NCBI GenBank assembly: GCA_963795085.1
Contig: CAWCFX010000001.1
Span: 832,001-896,000, forward strand
Reading direction: 5' to 3'
Length of the DNA: 64,000 bases
DNA from: an uncultured Gemmatimonadales bacterium
Lineage (GTDB): Bacteria > Gemmatimonadota > Gemmatimonadetes > Gemmatimonadales > GWC2-71-9
Shown here in pieces: positions 60,281 to 64,000 of this stretch (the stretch's first letter is position 1; the number at the start of each line of letters is the position of its first letter). A program made the translations under genes and the position numbers. The notes below the pieces were generated by a model. It was given only the letters and a program-made list of their open reading frames with translations, ran no database searches and was not told the origin of the DNA.

Positions 60281-61030
60281 ATGCAATTGGACCTGATGCA
60301 CCTTTGGGCACAGATGGGCTGGTTCGCCAAGGGGGTCGTGTTCACCCTGGGGCTCATGTCGATCTATTCGCTGACGATCGTGTTTACCAAGGCCGTCATG
60401 TTTTCCCGGAGCGCGAAGGCGACCCGGAAGTTCATGCCCGAGTTCTCCCGCGCCATCCAGGAGGAGCAGCTCGAGCAGGCCATCAAGCTGGCCGAAACCC
60501 ACAAGAAGAGCCACGTCGCCCGGGTACTGGGCGAGGCGCTGGCGGAAGTGAAGCCGCTGCTGCGGGACCGGGCCACCATCACCTCGGCCGACATCAACTC
60601 GGCGGAGCGGGCGGTGGAACGGCAGATGCTGCTGGTGCTGAGCGAGCTGCGGCGCGGCCTGTCCGTGCTGGCCACCACCGGCGCCACGGCGCCGTTCGTC
60701 GGCCTGCTGGGCACCACCATGGGCATCGTGAACGCGTTCGTGGGCATGGCGGCGGCCGGTGCGTCCGGCGGTCTCGCCGGTATCTCGGCCGGTATCGCCG
60801 AGGCGCTGATCACCACCGCGTTCGGCCTCATGGTCGCGATCCCGGCGGTGTGGGCCTTCAATTACTTCACCACCAAGCTTGAGTACTTCACGGCGGAGAT
60901 GACCTTCACTTCGAAGGAGCTCATTGATTACCTGATCAAGAGCGTCGGCAGCGAGTTCGGCCGGTCCATCTTCACCAAGGAGTTCCAGGCCCAGAAAAGC
61001 GTGAGCGGCAGTGGCCATATCCACGGGTGA
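60281..61030 (+). CDS. exbB: MotA/TolQ/ExbB proton channel protein
   Basis: APFVGLLGTTMGI, GIAEALITTAFGLMVAIPA. Confidence 0.92.
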   Translation: MQLDLMHLWAQMGWFAKGVVFTLGLMSIYSLTIVFTKAVMFSRSAKATRKFMPEFSRAIQEEQLEQAIKLAETHKKSHVARVLGEALAEVKPLLRDRATITSADINSAERAVERQMLLVLSELRRGLSVLATTGATAPFVGLLGTTMGIVNAFVGMAAAGASGGLAGISAGIAEALITTAFGLMVAIPAVWAFNYFTTKLEYFTAEMTFTSKELIDYLIKSVGSEFGRSIFTKEFQAQKSVSGSGHIHG

Positions 61031-61451
61031 CAAAACCGGCGTGACCAGCGAGATCAACGTCACGCCCATGATCGACGTGATGCTGGTGCTGCTGATCATC
61101 TTCATGATCGTGACCCCGCTGATCGCGGCGGGGTTCAAGGCGACGCTGCCCCGGGGCGCCAACCTGGACAAGGACCCCGAAGGCAAGGACGAGGTGGTCC
61201 TGGGGATCGACGCCAGCGGCAACTTCTTCCTCGACGGGCGGTCCATTGACCCGGCGGTGCTCAAGGACCAGCTCACGGCGATCTACGCGACGCGCGACAC
61301 CAACAAGGTCCTGTACTTCAAGGCCGACAACCAGCTCATGTACGGGCGGGTGCAGGAGGCGGTCGAGATGGCCCGGGCCGCCGGCGTTCGTGTCCTTCAC
61401 ACGGTGACGGAGCCGGTCAACTCCGGCCTGTTCCAGACGGAAGAGAACTGA
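61011..61451 (+). CDS. exbD: ExbD/TolR protein
   Basis: EINVTPMIDVMLVLLIIFM. Confidence 0.92.
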   Translation: MAISTGDKTGVTSEINVTPMIDVMLVLLIIFMIVTPLIAAGFKATLPRGANLDKDPEGKDEVVLGIDASGNFFLDGRSIDPAVLKDQLTAIYATRDTNKVLYFKADNQLMYGRVQEAVEMARAAGVRVLHTVTEPVNSGLFQTEEN

Positions 61452-61453
61452 CC

Positions 61454-61897
61454 ATGGGCATGGCAACTTCGACCCAGGGCGCTCACAGTTCGGTGTCGGA
61501 TATCAACGTGACACCGATGATCGACGTGCTCCTGGTACTGCTGATCATCTTCATGATTACCCAGCCGCTTTCGCGGATGACTCTCCAGGTGCAGGTGCCG
61601 CCGCCGCCGCAGCCGAGCGCGACGCCCCCGGCGGCCTCCAACCAGATCGTGCTGGAGCTGCCCGATAACGGCAGCTACGCCATCAACGGCCAGCCGGTCC
61701 CCCGGGACCAGCTGGATGCCCAGCTGCACGCCATCTACGACCCTCGCCCGGCCAAGCTGCTGTTCGTGAAGCCAGGGCAGAACCGGGTCTTCCAGGACGT
61801 GATTGACGCGATGGACGTGGCCCGGGGCGCCGGGGTCCAGGTGATTGGATTCACGCCGAAGGAGGCGGATGCCGCCCCTGCCGCCACGGGTGGCTGA
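61454..61897 (+). CDS. exbD: ExbD/TolR protein
   Basis: DINVTPMIDVLLVLLIIFM. Confidence 0.92.
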   Translation: MGMATSTQGAHSSVSDINVTPMIDVLLVLLIIFMITQPLSRMTLQVQVPPPPQPSATPPAASNQIVLELPDNGSYAINGQPVPRDQLDAQLHAIYDPRPAKLLFVKPGQNRVFQDVIDAMDVARGAGVQVIGFTPKEADAAPAATGG

Positions 61898-61942
61898 GGC
61901 AACGCCGTAATCGGGGCGGGCCAGAGCCCGTCCCTCGCAAGG

Positions 61943-62368
61943 ATGCACATGGCTTCACGGAAAATGGGCGCCGCGCCGGACCTGGCTCCCACCCCATCAT
62001 CAGGCGGGGTGACGGATCTCAACGTCACTCCGCTTCTTGATGTCCTGCTGGTCCTCCTGCTCATCGGAATGGTCTCCGCCGGCCTCTCCCGCCGTTCGCT
62101 GCCGGTGACCCTGCCGGCCCCGGCGGCCGCGCCGGTCCCCCTGGTGCCCGTCCTGCTGGAACTGGATGGCCAGGGCGGATACCTGATCAACGCCCAGCCC
62201 ATCCCGGCCGCCGACCTGGGCACGGCGCTCGCCGCCATCTTCGCCGACCGGCCGGTCCGGATTCTCTTCATCAAGACCCATCCGGACCGGACTTATCAGG
62301 ATTTCATCACCGCGGCCGACCTGGCCCGCGGCGTGGGGGTCACCATGGTTGCCGCGGTAACCCATTAG
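61943..62368 (+). CDS. exbD: ExbD/TolR protein
   Basis: DLNVTPLLDVLLVLL. Confidence 0.85.
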   Translation: MHMASRKMGAAPDLAPTPSSGGVTDLNVTPLLDVLLVLLLIGMVSAGLSRRSLPVTLPAPAAAPVPLVPVLLELDGQGGYLINAQPIPAADLGTALAAIFADRPVRILFIKTHPDRTYQDFITAADLARGVGVTMVAAVTH

Positions 62369-62426
62369 ATTTGGAACCGCCGGGCTCCCCGGCCGCCGGC
62401 GAAGGACGTGCAGGGCCGAGCCCGCG

Positions 62427-63284
62427 TTGCGTCATCAGAGTAGGCGATCACCGGGCGCGAAGTGGCGCCCCTCCAGGGCGCCCCCGCCATCTCGAGCGCG
62501 GAATGGCGCCCTTTTCGTTGGAGGAATTACGAGACCACCGGCAGCCCCCTCCCTCTCCCTGACCAGCCCCTCCCGGGTGACCCGGCCGGGGAGCGTGGTG
62601 CTGTCCCTCCTCCTGCATGCGCTGGTGATCGGACTCATCCTCTGGCCGGCTACCCGGTTTCTCACCATCAACGATCCGGGGAATCCCCTGCTGGCCCCGG
62701 GGGGTGGCGGCGGGGGCGGAGGTGGCGGTGGAGAGACGGTCGCATATATTTCCCTGCCCGCGTTTACCCCCCCTCCGGAGGCTCCGGAGGTGGTTGACGT
62801 ACCAATAGTTGAGACCCCAGAGGTACCCGTCGTTCCCGAGCCCCAGCCGGTCCGGGATTCGGCCGTGCCGGACACCGTGGTGGTGGCCGCGAATATCGGG
62901 GCGACCCGGGGTGTGGGGACCGGTTCCGCCGGCACCGGGACGGGCGAAGGCCCGGGCGAAGGCGGCGGGACAGGCGAGGGCAGCGGGCCGGGTTCCGGCC
63001 CCGGCAGCGGCGGGGGCATGTCGCTGGCCCGTAACCCCTATTGGACCCAGGCTATTCTGCCGCCGGAAAACCCCCCGCGGGAACTCCGCGGCAAGACGAT
63101 CGAAATCCTGTTCTGGATCAAGGCCGACGGCCGGGTGGAGCGCGTTGAGTTTAACCCCGAAATCGAAAACCGCGGATTTGCGACCAAGTTTCGTGAACGT
63201 CTCCTCGATTTTGTCTTCTCCCCCGCCCGCTCGGCGACCGGGGCGGCGATCGCCGTTCAGTATCCCATCAGCATCACCTTCTGA
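62427..63284 (+). CDS. TonB-like protein with Gly-rich linker (start uncertain)
   Basis: SLLLH TM motif, Pro/Gly-rich spacer, TonB-C-like end. Confidence 0.7.
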   Translation: MRHQSRRSPGAKWRPSRAPPPSRARNGALFVGGITRPPAAPSLSLTSPSRVTRPGSVVLSLLLHALVIGLILWPATRFLTINDPGNPLLAPGGGGGGGGGGGETVAYISLPAFTPPPEAPEVVDVPIVETPEVPVVPEPQPVRDSAVPDTVVVAANIGATRGVGTGSAGTGTGEGPGEGGGTGEGSGPGSGPGSGGGMSLARNPYWTQAILPPENPPRELRGKTIEILFWIKADGRVERVEFNPEIENRGFATKFRERLLDFVFSPARSATGAAIAVQYPISITF

Positions 63285-63351
63285 ATTCATCCGCCAGGCG
63301 GGACGTATCCCGGCTGGCTCTTCTGTTCCAGCTCCCAGGAGTTTTTTCCCT

Positions 63352-64000
63352 ATGGCGTTCAGTACGCTCGTTCCCGCTTTCCTCCGGACCCGCGGCGGCC
63401 GTCAGGCCGCGCTCATCAAGGGGACCTTGCTCGCCCTGGCCCTGCTCTTTGTGGCCGGCACCCCGCTGGTGGCCCTGGCGCAGGACGCCGCGCCGGCCCA
63501 CCGTCCCGGCGGCGAGGTCAACCTCAGGCTCCCCGACCTGAACCAGGGCAACTTCCTGGGATTCACCGGCCACGAGATCCTGCTTTCCGGGCTGGTGGTG
63601 TGCGTCCTGGGGCTGCTCTTCGGGCTGATGAGCTACGCCAACGTGAAGAAGCTCCCGGTGCACCAGGCCATGGCCGACGTCTCGGAGCTGATCTACGAGA
63701 CCTGCAAGGCCTACCTGACCCAGCAGGGCAAGTTCCTGATGGTGCTCTGGCTCTTCATCAGCGCAGTGATCGTCGCCTACTTCCTGCTGACCGGGCTGGG
63801 GATTCCCAAGATCGGGCTGATCCTGCTCTTCAGCCTGATCGGCATGGCGGGCAGCTACGGGGTGGCCTGGTTCGGCATCCGGATCAATACCCTGGCCAAC
63901 AGCCGCACCGCCTTCGCCAGCCTCAAGGGGAAGGGCTGGCCGGTGTGCGATATTCCGCTCCGGGCCGGCATGAGCGTCGGCATGATGCTCATCTCGGTCG
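63352..64000 (+). CDS. hppA: Membrane-bound ion-translocating pyrophosphatase (3' truncated; absent from ORF track)
   Basis: Manual translation: GGEVNLRLPDL, LPVHQAMADVSELIYETCKAYL, GIRINTLANSRTAFA, PLRAGMSVGM. Confidence 0.88.
   Translation, partial: MAFSTLVPAFLRTRGGRQAALIKGTLLALALLFVAGTPLVALAQDAAPAHRPGGEVNLRLPDLNQGNFLGFTGHEILLSGLVVCVLGLLFGLMSYANVKKLPVHQAMADVSELIYETCKAYLTQQGKFLMVLWLFISAVIVAYFLLTGLGIPKIGLILLFSLIGMAGSYGVAWFGIRINTLANSRTAFASLKGKGWPVCDIPLRAGMSVGMMLISV

Overview
GC-rich bacterial chromosome segment; gene content suggests Gemmatimonadota (inference). The left part (1-17 kb) carries the end of an alternative-complex-III-type membrane gene, an ECF sigma/anti-sigma pair, a cupredoxin, a lytic transglycosylase, a four-gene operon resembling bacterial ceramide synthesis (spt, GNAT, SDR, Aur1/PAP2-like), an M6 metalloprotease with a lipoprotein partner, TspO, an amidohydrolase and an RCC1 lipoprotein. 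After a REP-type array (17.3-18.4 kb) lies a ~26 kb accessory island, the main finding. It holds a near-complete type II secretion operon (gspE-G-F-H-I-J-K-L-M-C-D, no prepilin peptidase) between two signal-peptide-bearing Rhs proteins with HExxH C-terminal tips, plus an orphan Rhs tip. Each tip is followed by an exported immunity-like gene and an IS3 end remnant. Two sensor-less sigma-54 activators and three identically spaced -24/-12 promoters tie the Rhs genes and the T2SS into one putative regulon, i.e. a candidate T2SS-dedicated polymorphic Rhs toxin system. A 21-22 bp periodic array, TA/nucleotidyltransferase modules and tRNA-Ala follow. The right part has sodA, a peroxiredoxin, a glycosidase, two-component genes, a TonB/ExbB/ExbD cluster and the start of hppA. 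Many intergenic 7-9-mer tandem repeats and several 1-bp frameshifts (possibly sequencing errors) occur. All calls rest on motif recognition by eye; no searches were run.
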